Below are positions 43,991-53,235 of a stretch of DNA of 64,000 nt, in pieces. Under the pieces are notes generated by a model. It was not told the origin of the DNA. It saw nothing but the letters and a program-made list of their open reading frames with translations, and ran no database searches. How positions within the stretch are numbered: position 1 is the stretch's first letter; each line of letters opens with the position of its first letter. This stretch comes from an uncultured Bacillota bacterium (GTDB taxonomy: Bacteria; Sysuimicrobiota; Sysuimicrobiia; Sysuimicrobiales; Segetimicrobiaceae). The stretch spans positions 160,001 through 224,000 of the forward strand of contig CAWDRG010000015.1 in the NCBI GenBank assembly GCA_963804645.1. Direction: 5' to 3'. Both the position numbers and the translations under genes were made by a program.

Positions 43991-45055
43991 TTGACCCGGG
44001 TCATCCGCGTGCTCGGCCTCGTCCTGCTCCTGGTATTCCTGCTGTGGTTGGCGTACAAGGTGCGCCTTGTCCTGTTGCTGCTGGTCGCCAGCATCATGGT
44101 GGCGTACGCGCTGGAGCCGCTCGTCCGCTTCTTCAGCCGGGGCCAGCCGCAGCGGCGTGGCCTCGGCACCGCCCTCGCATTCGCGACGGTGTTCGCCGGC
44201 CTCGCACTCGTCGGCATGGTCACCCTCGGCCCGGCGGTGGGCCAGGGCGCGGCCCTCGGGTCCGCGTTGGCCGGCTACGCGCAGCACTTCCACCCGGAGA
44301 GCGTCACCTCTTTTTCCAACCGGCTCAAGGCCGGGCTGGCCCCGAACCTGCGTACGCTCTTTGACAACGTCGAGGCGCAGCTCGTGAAATGGCTGAGCCA
44401 GGCGGGCGGGGGCGTCGCGCAGATGGGCGTCGCGTGGGCGAGTGCGGTGCCGACCCTCCTCGCGTACGCCGCGCTGATCCTCTCGATGACCGGTCTGATC
44501 CTCGGGAGCAAGGCGTACTTCAAGCGGCAGGTGTTCGATGTCATTCCGACCGCGTGGCAGGCCGACGCCGAGACCCTGTTCGGGCAGATCGATCAGGCCC
44601 TCGCCGCGTACGTACGCGGCACCCTGGTCATCGCCGCGGGCGTGGGCATCCTCCTCACGCTCGGCATGCTGCTCCTGGGCGTGCACTACGCGCTGCCGAT
44701 CGGGCTGTTCGCCGCGGTGATGCAGTTGGTGCCAGTCGTCGGCGGCGCGCTCGGGCTCATCGGGGCCGTGACCGTCGCCGCGTTCCAGAGCGTGCCGGTG
44801 GCGATCGAAGTCCTCGTGCTCTTCTCCGTGATGTTCTTCGTCTCCGGCAACATCCTCGGCCCCAAGGTCATGGGGAGGGCGGTGGCGATTAACCCGCTCG
44901 TCATCCTGGTCGTGACGTTCGCCGGGACGCTGCTCGGAGGGTTCGTGGGTCTGCTGCTGGCCGTGCCGGTCACAGCGATCCTGCGGGTCATCATCGCGTT
45001 CGTCTATCAGCGGTGCGCGGCCGCGTGGCACCTAGGCCCCGGTGCGTCATCGTAA
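43991..45055 (+). CDS. AI-2E family transporter
   Basis: AYALEPLV, AYVRG, PKVMGRAVAINP, LLAVPVTA. Confidence 0.88.
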   Translation: MTRVIRVLGLVLLLVFLLWLAYKVRLVLLLLVASIMVAYALEPLVRFFSRGQPQRRGLGTALAFATVFAGLALVGMVTLGPAVGQGAALGSALAGYAQHFHPESVTSFSNRLKAGLAPNLRTLFDNVEAQLVKWLSQAGGGVAQMGVAWASAVPTLLAYAALILSMTGLILGSKAYFKRQVFDVIPTAWQADAETLFGQIDQALAAYVRGTLVIAAGVGILLTLGMLLLGVHYALPIGLFAAVMQLVPVVGGALGLIGAVTVAAFQSVPVAIEVLVLFSVMFFVSGNILGPKVMGRAVAINPLVILVVTFAGTLLGGFVGLLLAVPVTAILRVIIAFVYQRCAAAWHLGPGASS

Positions 45056-45403
45056 ACCGGCCGGCCCGGTTGCAGCGCCACACCGCGGTCGCGCCGGTGG
45101 AGATCGTTTCCCTACGGCTAAAATTCCGGCATGCGATCGAGACGATCGCTGCGGAACATCGTGCCGGGAGCCTGGCGCCACGGACATCGAGGCATTTGTG
45201 GACAAGGCGGCCGTCAGGCAGATCGCCCGGCCCTTTGACGGACGACGCCGGGGCGCGCAGCGGCGCATGAACGCCGGCTGTGGGTTTGTCGGGCAAGAGT
45301 TCAAGGCGAACTGACGCGAACGTTCGGCGCCCGAATCCTCTGTGGAGCACGGGCGGCGTGGGCGCCCCGTGAATGCGACCAGCGAGCAACCGGAGGTACT
45401 GAG

Positions 45404-46882
45404 ATGGGCAACCCGCTCTATCCATCCCTTTATCAAATCAATACGCGCGTCCGGATGACGGAGCTGTCCGGGGCGCTGGGGCGGCCCGCCACGCTGGACG
45501 ATCTGCCGGACGCCGACCTGGACCGCGCGGCCGAGATGGGGTTCGACTGGATCTGGTTCCTGAGCGTGTGGCGCACCGGGCCGGCCGGCCAGCAGGTGTC
45601 GCGCACCAATCCCGAGTGGCGTCGAGAGTTCGAGGAGACGCTGCCGGACTTGCGCGACGAGGACATCGGCGGATCCGGCTTCGCGATCACCGGTTACACC
45701 GTGCACCCCGACCTCGGAGGCGATGCGGCGCTGGCCCGGCTGCGCGAGCGCCTCAGGGCGCGTGGCCTGCGGCTGATGCTCGACTTCGTCCCCAACCACA
45801 CCGCCCTGGATCACCCCTGGGTGGAGGACCACCCTGAATATTACATCGCCGGGACAGACGTGGATCTGGCGCAGGTGCCCCAGAACTACCAGCGGGTGCC
45901 GCGGACGCGGGGCGATCTCGTACTCGCGTATGGCCGCGACCCGTACTTCGCCGGCTGGCCGGACACGCTGCAGCTCGACTACAGCGGTCCAGCCACGCAG
46001 GAGGCCATGATCACTGAACTCCTGAAGATCGCCGGGCAATGCGACGGCGTGCGCTGTGACATGGCCATGCTCGTCCTCCCGGACGTCTTCGAGCGGACCT
46101 GGAGCCGCAGGGCGCCTCTGTTCTGGCCGGAGGCGACGCAGCGAGTGCGGCAGCGGGTACCGGGTTTCTGCTTCATGGCCGAGGTCTACTGGGACCTCGA
46201 ATGGACGATGCTACAGCAGGGGTTCGATTACGCCTACGACAAGCGGCTGTACGATCGATTGCGCGACGGGCAGGCGGGGCCGGTACGCGAGCACCTGCTG
46301 GCCGGGCTCGACTACCAGAACAAGCTCGCCCGTTTCCTGGAAAACCACGACGAGCCTAGGGCGGCGGCGACCTTCGCGCCGGGCGTGCACGAGGCCGCGG
46401 GCGTCATCACGTATCTGTCCCCGGGGCTGCGGTTCTTCCATCAGGGGCAGTTCGAGGGGCGCCGGACGCGCATCTCGCCGCACCTGGTCCGCGCGCCGCT
46501 GGAGCCGCCCGATCCGGTGCTGGGCGACTTTTACCGCCGACTCCTGGCAGTGATCCGGCAGCCGATCGTCCGCGATGGGCAGTGGCGCTTGCTCGAATGC
46601 GCCCCGGCGTGGGACGGCAACTGGACGTGGGGGTGCTTCGTCGCCTGGTCCTGGGACGAGCAAGACGGCCAGCGGCGGGTGATGGTCGTCAACTATGCCG
46701 GGAACCAGAGCCAGTGCTATGTGCGTCTCCCGCTTCCCGAGCTGAGCGGCCATACGGTGCGATTCAAGGATCTGATGGGTCCCGCCAGCTACGATCGCGA
46801 CGGAAGCGAGCTTTTGTCACGGGGTCTCTATCTCGACCTGCCTCCGTGGGGCTACCACGTGTTCGAGGTGACCGCCGCGTGA
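45404..46882 (+). CDS. GH13 alpha-amylase-family glycosidase
   Basis: LDFVPNH, DGVRCDMA, AEVYW, FLENHDEPR. Confidence 0.9.
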   Translation: MGNPLYPSLYQINTRVRMTELSGALGRPATLDDLPDADLDRAAEMGFDWIWFLSVWRTGPAGQQVSRTNPEWRREFEETLPDLRDEDIGGSGFAITGYTVHPDLGGDAALARLRERLRARGLRLMLDFVPNHTALDHPWVEDHPEYYIAGTDVDLAQVPQNYQRVPRTRGDLVLAYGRDPYFAGWPDTLQLDYSGPATQEAMITELLKIAGQCDGVRCDMAMLVLPDVFERTWSRRAPLFWPEATQRVRQRVPGFCFMAEVYWDLEWTMLQQGFDYAYDKRLYDRLRDGQAGPVREHLLAGLDYQNKLARFLENHDEPRAAATFAPGVHEAAGVITYLSPGLRFFHQGQFEGRRTRISPHLVRAPLEPPDPVLGDFYRRLLAVIRQPIVRDGQWRLLECAPAWDGNWTWGCFVAWSWDEQDGQRRVMVVNYAGNQSQCYVRLPLPELSGHTVRFKDLMGPASYDRDGSELLSRGLYLDLPPWGYHVFEVTAA

Positions 46883-47187
46883 CGCGCTGGGTGCGGGTGA
46901 CGATTCACGCGCTTCCCCCCACCGGGGTCAAACATGTTCACCGCGGGACTGGGCGGCAGTACCCAGTAGGAGAAGACAGTGAGGAGTACATGAGACCTGA
47001 AAGACACCACGACGGACTGTGGGCCGGAGAACCTGATCGACCGGCCGAAGCGCACGATACACCCGCCGGGGCGCGACGCTCAGCGATCTGTGGATAACGT
47101 GCACGCGTCAAGATGCCGAGCATCTCGGCCCCATAGGAGACATGTCAGAAGTCGTACACCGGCGACCCCGGGGGAGGAAACACAGCC

Positions 47188-47400
47188 ATGAGAATTGTGA
47201 TCGACCTAAATCGATGCCAGGGATACGCGCAGTGCGTCCCGCTCGCGCCGACTGTCATCAAACTGAACGGTGAAGAAGCGGTCATGTACGACCCTAACCC
47301 CGACGACTCGCTCCGCCAGCAGGTCCTGCGAGCCGCGGCGTCTTGCCCGGTGCAGGCGATCCTGGTGGAGCGGCTCGACGAGAAAGAAGAGGCGTCATGA
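47188..47400 (+). CDS. Ferredoxin
   Basis: CQGYAQC...CPVQAI. Confidence 0.9.
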   Translation: MRIVIDLNRCQGYAQCVPLAPTVIKLNGEEAVMYDPNPDDSLRQQVLRAAASCPVQAILVERLDEKEEAS

Positions 47401-48800
47401 AGAACTCGCCCCTCGTCGCGGACCTGGTCACCGAATTCAAGACGAACGGCCGGATCGTCATCGTCGGCGCATCCCTGGCTGGGCTCCGGGCAGCGGAAGC
47501 TTTGCGTGACGAGGGCTTCAACGGAACGCTGACCATTATCGGAGATGAGAAACACGAGCCGTACGATCGTCCCCCACTCTCCAAGCAGGTGCTGAAGGGG
47601 TGGGTGCCGGCCGACCACACCAAGCTTCCGCGCGCGCGCACCATCGATGCGGAATGGCGGCTCGGCGTGGCCGCCACCGGCCTCGACCGAGTCAGCAAGC
47701 AGGTGCGTTTGGCCAACGGCGACCAGGTTCCGTTCGACCGCCTGCTGATCGCCACCGGCACGCGCGCGCGGCCGTGGTTCAACCCGAAGGAGGCTGCGCT
47801 GACGGGCGTGTTCACCGTGCGCACATCTGATGACGCGGCCCAACTGCAGGCGGCGTTGGCGGCCGGACCGCGGCGGGTCCTGATCATCGGGGCCGGCTTC
47901 ATCGGCTCGGAAATGGCCTCGGTCTGTCGCGAGCTCGGTCTCACCGTGACGGTCGCCGAGCGCGGCGCGGCTCCGCTGGTCGGCGCGCTCGGAGGTGTGA
48001 TCGGCGACATCGCCGCCGAGATGCAACGGGACCACGGCGTCGACCTCCGCACCGGCGTGTCCGTCGAGGCGCTGGAGGGAGATGCGAAGGGACACGTGCG
48101 GCGCGCCCGCCTCTCCGACGGGACGACGCTCGACGTCGACGTCGTGGTGGCGTCGCTCGGTTCGCTCCGCAACACCGAATGGCTGGAAGGGGCTGGGCTC
48201 GCCACGGGCTTTTGGGGCGTCGCCTGCGACGCGGGCTGCCGCGTCTTCGACATCCACGGGGTGGTGACCGACAGCATCTTCGTCGCGGGCGACATCGCGC
48301 GCGCTCCCCACGTGCTGTACGGGTACCAGTTTCTTTCGCTGGAGCACTGGGACAATGCCGTCTTCGGCGCCAGGGTCGCGGCGCACAACATGGTGAGCCT
48401 TGAGGCCGACCGCCGGCCGCACCTCCCGCTGCCCGCCTTCTGGTCAGGACAGTTCGGCGTCAACATCAAGGGCGTCGGCGTGGCCCCCTTCGGCGATGAG
48501 ATCGTCTTTACGCAGGGCTCCGTCAAGGACCGCCGCTTCGCCGCCGCGTATGGCCGCCGGGGCCGCATCGTGGCCGCCGTCACGTTCAATCACGGCAAGT
48601 GGCTGGAGTATTACGGGGCGTTGATCGAGCGATCGGCTCCGTTCCCGCCCCCACCGCCGGGCTATGATCAGGCGGGCGACATGAAGCCAATCCCGGCCCG
48701 GTTCCCGGATCCGCGCGTCCCGACGGCGATTCCGGACGTCGTCTTGACCGGCCACGACCCGACCGAACGCGGCGCGGAGTACCGGCCGAAACAGCGCTGA
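47397..48800 (+). CDS. Ferredoxin reductase
   Basis: GASLAG, PYDRPPLSK, GAGFIG, AGDIA, EHW, FWS. Confidence 0.9.
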   Translation: MKNSPLVADLVTEFKTNGRIVIVGASLAGLRAAEALRDEGFNGTLTIIGDEKHEPYDRPPLSKQVLKGWVPADHTKLPRARTIDAEWRLGVAATGLDRVSKQVRLANGDQVPFDRLLIATGTRARPWFNPKEAALTGVFTVRTSDDAAQLQAALAAGPRRVLIIGAGFIGSEMASVCRELGLTVTVAERGAAPLVGALGGVIGDIAAEMQRDHGVDLRTGVSVEALEGDAKGHVRRARLSDGTTLDVDVVVASLGSLRNTEWLEGAGLATGFWGVACDAGCRVFDIHGVVTDSIFVAGDIARAPHVLYGYQFLSLEHWDNAVFGARVAAHNMVSLEADRRPHLPLPAFWSGQFGVNIKGVGVAPFGDEIVFTQGSVKDRRFAAAYGRRGRIVAAVTFNHGKWLEYYGALIERSAPFPPPPPGYDQAGDMKPIPARFPDPRVPTAIPDVVLTGHDPTERGAEYRPKQR

Positions 48801-48860
48801 CGGGTGCGCGAGACTGCACGGCGCCGACGATGACACGATGAACGAGGAGGAGAGAGGAAC

Positions 48861-50135
48861 ATGATGACGCCTGAGACCGCCTACGCGGAGGCGATGAAGT
48901 TCGAACACCGCGCCAACCCGTACCCGTTCTTCGACGAGCTCCGGAAGACGCCGGTGGCGCGCGTGGCGAACGGCCTGTACGCCGTCACAGGCTATTGGGA
49001 GCTCTTGACCCTCGCCCATGATCCCAGGGTGAGCTCCGACATGAGTCACAGTCCGCTGGCGGCCAAGCCGGCAGGCAGGGCCACCGCCGCGCCCACTGCC
49101 GAGGCCGAGCAGATGAAGGCGTACGGGGACCGGAAGACGATGATCACGTCAGACCCGCCCGAGCACGACCGAATGCGCCGCCAGGCGATGCGGCAGTTCG
49201 GCCCCCCCCACACGCCGGACCTCATTCCGAGTATGGAAGGGGATATCCGGCGGCTCTGCGACACGCTGCTTGATACGGCCAAGGGGAAGACCAGGATCGA
49301 CATCGTCGACAATTTCGCCTATCCGGTGCCCGTGGCCGTGATCTGCAAGATCCTCGGCGTGCCCCCCGAGGACGAACCCACCTTTCATGGCTGGATCCAG
49401 GACTTTATGGCAAGTCTGGACGTGGGCCCGGAAGCAGTTACCGAAGAGGGAAAGGTCCGCGCGGAGAAGGGCAAGGCAAGCAGGGCCGCGCTCTTCCAGT
49501 ACCTGACCGAGCTGGTCGAGCGCTTCGCTCGAGAGCCCGGTGACGGCATCCTCTCGAAAATGGTGAACGACGACGGTCCCGACGGACGCATGTCGCCCGG
49601 GGAGGCTACGTCCAACGCCATGCTGCTGCTCGTCGCCGGTCACGATTCCACGGTCAACACGATCGCCCACTGCGTGCTGACCGTGCTGCGGAACCCCGGG
49701 ACCCTCGACCTCCTGCGCCGCCGGCCGCAGCTGATCCCCGGCGCCATCGAGGAGGTCCTGCGTCTCGAGTCGGCGGTCCAGCTCTGGCCCAGCAAATCCG
49801 CTCTGGCCGACATCGAGATCGCCGGGACGGTCATCCCGAAGGGGTCGGCGGTCTTCCTGTTGTACGGCGCGGCGAACCGCGACCCGAAGCGGTTCCTCAA
49901 CCCGGAACAATTCGACCCCGAACGCAAGGACAATGAGCACTTCGGCTGGGGCAGCGGCATCCATACGTGCTTCGGCGGTCCGCTCGCGCGCCTCGAGGTG
50001 AACTGCGCGTTGGAAACCTTCGTGCGCCGCGTGGAGAACCCGCGGCTCGTCGTCGACCCGCCGCCGTACCGCCAGAGCAATGTCTTTCGCGGCCCGAGAC
50101 ACCTGTTGGTCGACTTCGATCGAATCAGAGATTAA
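48861..50135 (+). CDS. Cytochrome P450
   Basis: DPPEH, AGHDST, EVLR, ANRDP, WGSGIHTCFG. Confidence 0.95.
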   Translation: MMTPETAYAEAMKFEHRANPYPFFDELRKTPVARVANGLYAVTGYWELLTLAHDPRVSSDMSHSPLAAKPAGRATAAPTAEAEQMKAYGDRKTMITSDPPEHDRMRRQAMRQFGPPHTPDLIPSMEGDIRRLCDTLLDTAKGKTRIDIVDNFAYPVPVAVICKILGVPPEDEPTFHGWIQDFMASLDVGPEAVTEEGKVRAEKGKASRAALFQYLTELVERFAREPGDGILSKMVNDDGPDGRMSPGEATSNAMLLLVAGHDSTVNTIAHCVLTVLRNPGTLDLLRRRPQLIPGAIEEVLRLESAVQLWPSKSALADIEIAGTVIPKGSAVFLLYGAANRDPKRFLNPEQFDPERKDNEHFGWGSGIHTCFGGPLARLEVNCALETFVRRVENPRLVVDPPPYRQSNVFRGPRHLLVDFDRIRD

Positions 50136-50146
50136 GGGGACAAACC

Positions 50147-51184
50147 ATGCGGGCATTCCAGTTCGTCAAAGCGCAGGAGCCGGCCGAGCTCCGCGAGGTA
50201 CCGGTTCCCACGCCGGGTCCGGGCCAGGTTCTGGTCAAGATCGGGGGCGCCGGCGCCTGCCATTCCGACCTGCACATCCTCGAGGCCCCTCCGAAGCCCG
50301 GGCCGACACCGCCCCCGTTCACCCTCGGTCATGAGAACGCCGGCTGGGTCGAAGAACTCGGCCCAGGTACCGCGGGGCTTGCACCGGGTGACCCGGTGAT
50401 CGTCTACGGCCCCTGGGGATGCGGGCTGTGCATGAACTGCCGGGTGGGTAAGGAGAACTATTGCCAGAACCGCGGGAACATTAGAGCAGGCGGCCTCGGA
50501 GCCGACGGGGGCATGGCTTCCTACCTGCTCGTCCCGTCGGCGCGATTCCTCATTCCGCTGGGGACCCTCGATCCCCGCGATGCCGCCCCGCTCAGCGATG
50601 CCGCGCTCACCAGCTACCACGCCGTCAAGCGGTCACTCGACGTGCTAGGGGCGGGCTCGACCGCCGTGGTGATCGGGGCCGGCGGACTCGGCCAGATGGC
50701 CATCCAGGTGCTGCGGGCGCTGAGCGCGGCCGTTACGGTCGTCGCGGTGGATACCACGGCGGGCAAGCTCGAGATCGCCAAGCGCATGGGCGCGGACGAG
50801 ACGCTGCTCTCGGGCGACGAGGCGGTCACGCGCATCAAGGACATGACGCGTGGCCAGGGCGCCGAGCTCGTGCTCGACATGGTGGGTGTGAATGCCACGC
50901 TCCAGATGGCCGCGCAGGTCGCCCGCGCGCTCGGCCATTTGACGATCGTGGGGCTCGGCGGGGGCACGCTTCCCGTCAATTTCTTTACCTTGCCGCACGA
51001 GTGTTCGGTCGCGGCGCCGTATTGGGGCTCCATCTCCGAGCTGATGGAAGTCGTCAGCCTCGCCCAAGCAGGAAAGATCCACATGCTGGTCGAGCATTTC
51101 CCGCTGGAGCGAGCCGGGGAGGCGTACCGGCGCCTGCACGATGGGGAGATCCAAGGACGCGCCGTCATGACACCGAATGGGTGA
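50147..51184 (+). CDS. Zn-dependent alcohol dehydrogenase
   Basis: CHSD, GHE, C-x2-C-x2-C-x7-C, GAGGLG. Confidence 0.93.
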   Translation: MRAFQFVKAQEPAELREVPVPTPGPGQVLVKIGGAGACHSDLHILEAPPKPGPTPPPFTLGHENAGWVEELGPGTAGLAPGDPVIVYGPWGCGLCMNCRVGKENYCQNRGNIRAGGLGADGGMASYLLVPSARFLIPLGTLDPRDAAPLSDAALTSYHAVKRSLDVLGAGSTAVVIGAGGLGQMAIQVLRALSAAVTVVAVDTTAGKLEIAKRMGADETLLSGDEAVTRIKDMTRGQGAELVLDMVGVNATLQMAAQVARALGHLTIVGLGGGTLPVNFFTLPHECSVAAPYWGSISELMEVVSLAQAGKIHMLVEHFPLERAGEAYRRLHDGEIQGRAVMTPNG

Positions 51185-51339
51185 CGACGGCCGTTCGAAT
51201 CCAGCCCTGCGGGCCCAGGAAGAGGGCTGGGTCGACGGACTCGCAGATGCAACCGTTCAGGCAAGCCCCCGTCGATGGCCAACGCAATCGTAGGTATGTT
51301 TCGTGTTCTTGAATACGATCTCCCAAGGAGGGACTGCTC

Positions 51340-53037
51340 ATGAAAGTCATTATCGTCGGCGGTGTCGCCGGAGGGGCCTCGTGTGCGGCGCGCCTGCGCA
51401 GGCTGGACGAACGAGTGGAAATCCTGATGGTGGAGCGAGGTCCATATGTCTCGTATGCCAACTGCGGTCTGCCGTACTATGTCGGCGGGATTATCGAAAA
51501 GGAATCGAGCCTCCTCGTCGCCGATGCAAACACGTTCCGCTCCCAGTTCGCCGTCGACGTGAGAACCGGTTGCGAGGCCGTCGGGATCTCGCCGGACAAG
51601 AAGACCATCGATCTGCGCAACGTCGCGACCGGTGAGGTCACGACCGAGTCCTATGACAAACTCGTGCTGTCGCCGGGAGCACCGTCGGTCCGTCCGCCCT
51701 TGCCGGGCATCGACCTCCCCGGAATCTTCCAGCTGCGGACCGTGCCCGACGCGAGGGCGATCCGCGAGTGGATCGAACAAGGCTCCTTGTTCCTCTCCGG
51801 GATGGACAGGTACTCGGGCTTCCAGACGGTGAGGCCGAAGACCCGTGCGGTGGTGGTCGGGGGCGGGTTCATCGGCCTTGAGACCGCGGAAAACCTCGTG
51901 CATCGCCGGTTCGAGGTCACCCTCGTGGAAATGCTCGATCAGGTCCTGGCGCCGCTCGATCCGGAAATGGCGCGCCTCATCGAGGCGTATGTCGAGCAGC
52001 ACGGAATGCGTCTGGCGCTCAATGACGGAGTGGCCGGGTTCAAGCCGGCGGCCAACGGTGCGGTCGATGTACTCACCAAATCCGGGAAGACGTATCCGGC
52101 CGACATCGTGATCCTCGCGCTCGGCGTGCGCCCGGACACCGTGCTGGCGAAGAAGGCCGGTCTGACGATCGGCGACCTCGGGGGAATTCGCGTCGACGAT
52201 CAGATGCGCACGAGCGAGCCGGATATCTTCGCCGTCGGCGACGCGGTCGAAGTCAAGGACTTCGTGACCGGCGAGTGGAGCCTCATCGCGCTCGCCGGAC
52301 CGGCGAACCGGCAGGGCCGCATCGCGGCCGACGTCATCGCCGGGCGCGAGTCCCGCTTCCGCGGCAGCCAGGGCACCTCGATCATCGGACTCTTCAATGG
52401 GGCGGCTGCCTGGACCGGGGCCAGCGAAAAGACGCTCAAACGAATCGGCGACACAGATTTCGAGAAGATCTACCTCTACCCGAATTCGCATGCGGGATAC
52501 TACCCAGGTGCCAAGCCGATCGCGATGAAGGTTCTCTTCCGGAAATCCGATGGGCGCCTCCTGGGCGCGCAGGCGCTCGGCGAGGATAACGTGGACAAGC
52601 GGGTGAGTGCGCTGGCCATGGCGCTTCAAATGGGCGCAACGGTCTACGATCTCGAGGAAGCCGAGCTGTGCTACGCACCCCAGTTCGGAAGCGCGAAGGA
52701 TCCGGTCAACTTCGCCGGGATGGTCGCCGCGGATGTGCTTCGGGGCGACATGCCACTCAGCCACTGGGATTCCGCCGAGAAGGCATTCCTCCTCGACGTG
52801 CGCGATCCCGTGGAGCTCGCCGTGGAACAGGCGCCGGGCGCGGTCAACATCCCGCTCGGTCAACTCCGGGCGCATCTCGGAGAGCTCCCCCGCGATCGGG
52901 AGATCCTGGTCATCTGCCGGTCCGGCCAGCGCGCCTACTCCGCGACGCGGATTCTCTTGCAGAAGGGGTTCAAAGCCAGAACCCTCGCCGGAGGCATGCT
53001 GTCGCGAGCCCAGGTGGAAACCTTTTGGGAGAATTGA
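51340..53037 (+). CDS. CoA-disulfide reductase / rhodanese fusion
   Basis: GGVAGG, SYANCGLPY, YAPQFGSAKD, C-terminal CRSGQR. Confidence 0.92.
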   Translation: MKVIIVGGVAGGASCAARLRRLDERVEILMVERGPYVSYANCGLPYYVGGIIEKESSLLVADANTFRSQFAVDVRTGCEAVGISPDKKTIDLRNVATGEVTTESYDKLVLSPGAPSVRPPLPGIDLPGIFQLRTVPDARAIREWIEQGSLFLSGMDRYSGFQTVRPKTRAVVVGGGFIGLETAENLVHRRFEVTLVEMLDQVLAPLDPEMARLIEAYVEQHGMRLALNDGVAGFKPAANGAVDVLTKSGKTYPADIVILALGVRPDTVLAKKAGLTIGDLGGIRVDDQMRTSEPDIFAVGDAVEVKDFVTGEWSLIALAGPANRQGRIAADVIAGRESRFRGSQGTSIIGLFNGAAAWTGASEKTLKRIGDTDFEKIYLYPNSHAGYYPGAKPIAMKVLFRKSDGRLLGAQALGEDNVDKRVSALAMALQMGATVYDLEEAELCYAPQFGSAKDPVNFAGMVAADVLRGDMPLSHWDSAEKAFLLDVRDPVELAVEQAPGAVNIPLGQLRAHLGELPRDREILVICRSGQRAYSATRILLQKGFKARTLAGGMLSRAQVETFWEN

Positions 53038-53235
53038 TCCAACCCACACGAAGGAACACCACACCGGCGGGCAGCATTGTGGCGCGGGAATGACACCCAT
53101 CGGGATCGACAGACTCTACGTCGACACGAGCCGGTCGGGGAGATCCAGGGGACGAGTACCTTGCCCCTCGCCATGGGGTTGCGCGACGGGATTACGCCCG
53201 GTGCTCCGGTTACACCGGAGTAGGAGTGCCTGCAC

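Noticed and set aside
50614..53100. Long antisense ORFs (828 aa here, and similar ones elsewhere)
   Set aside because: They are shadows of real genes in high-GC DNA and carry no motifs.
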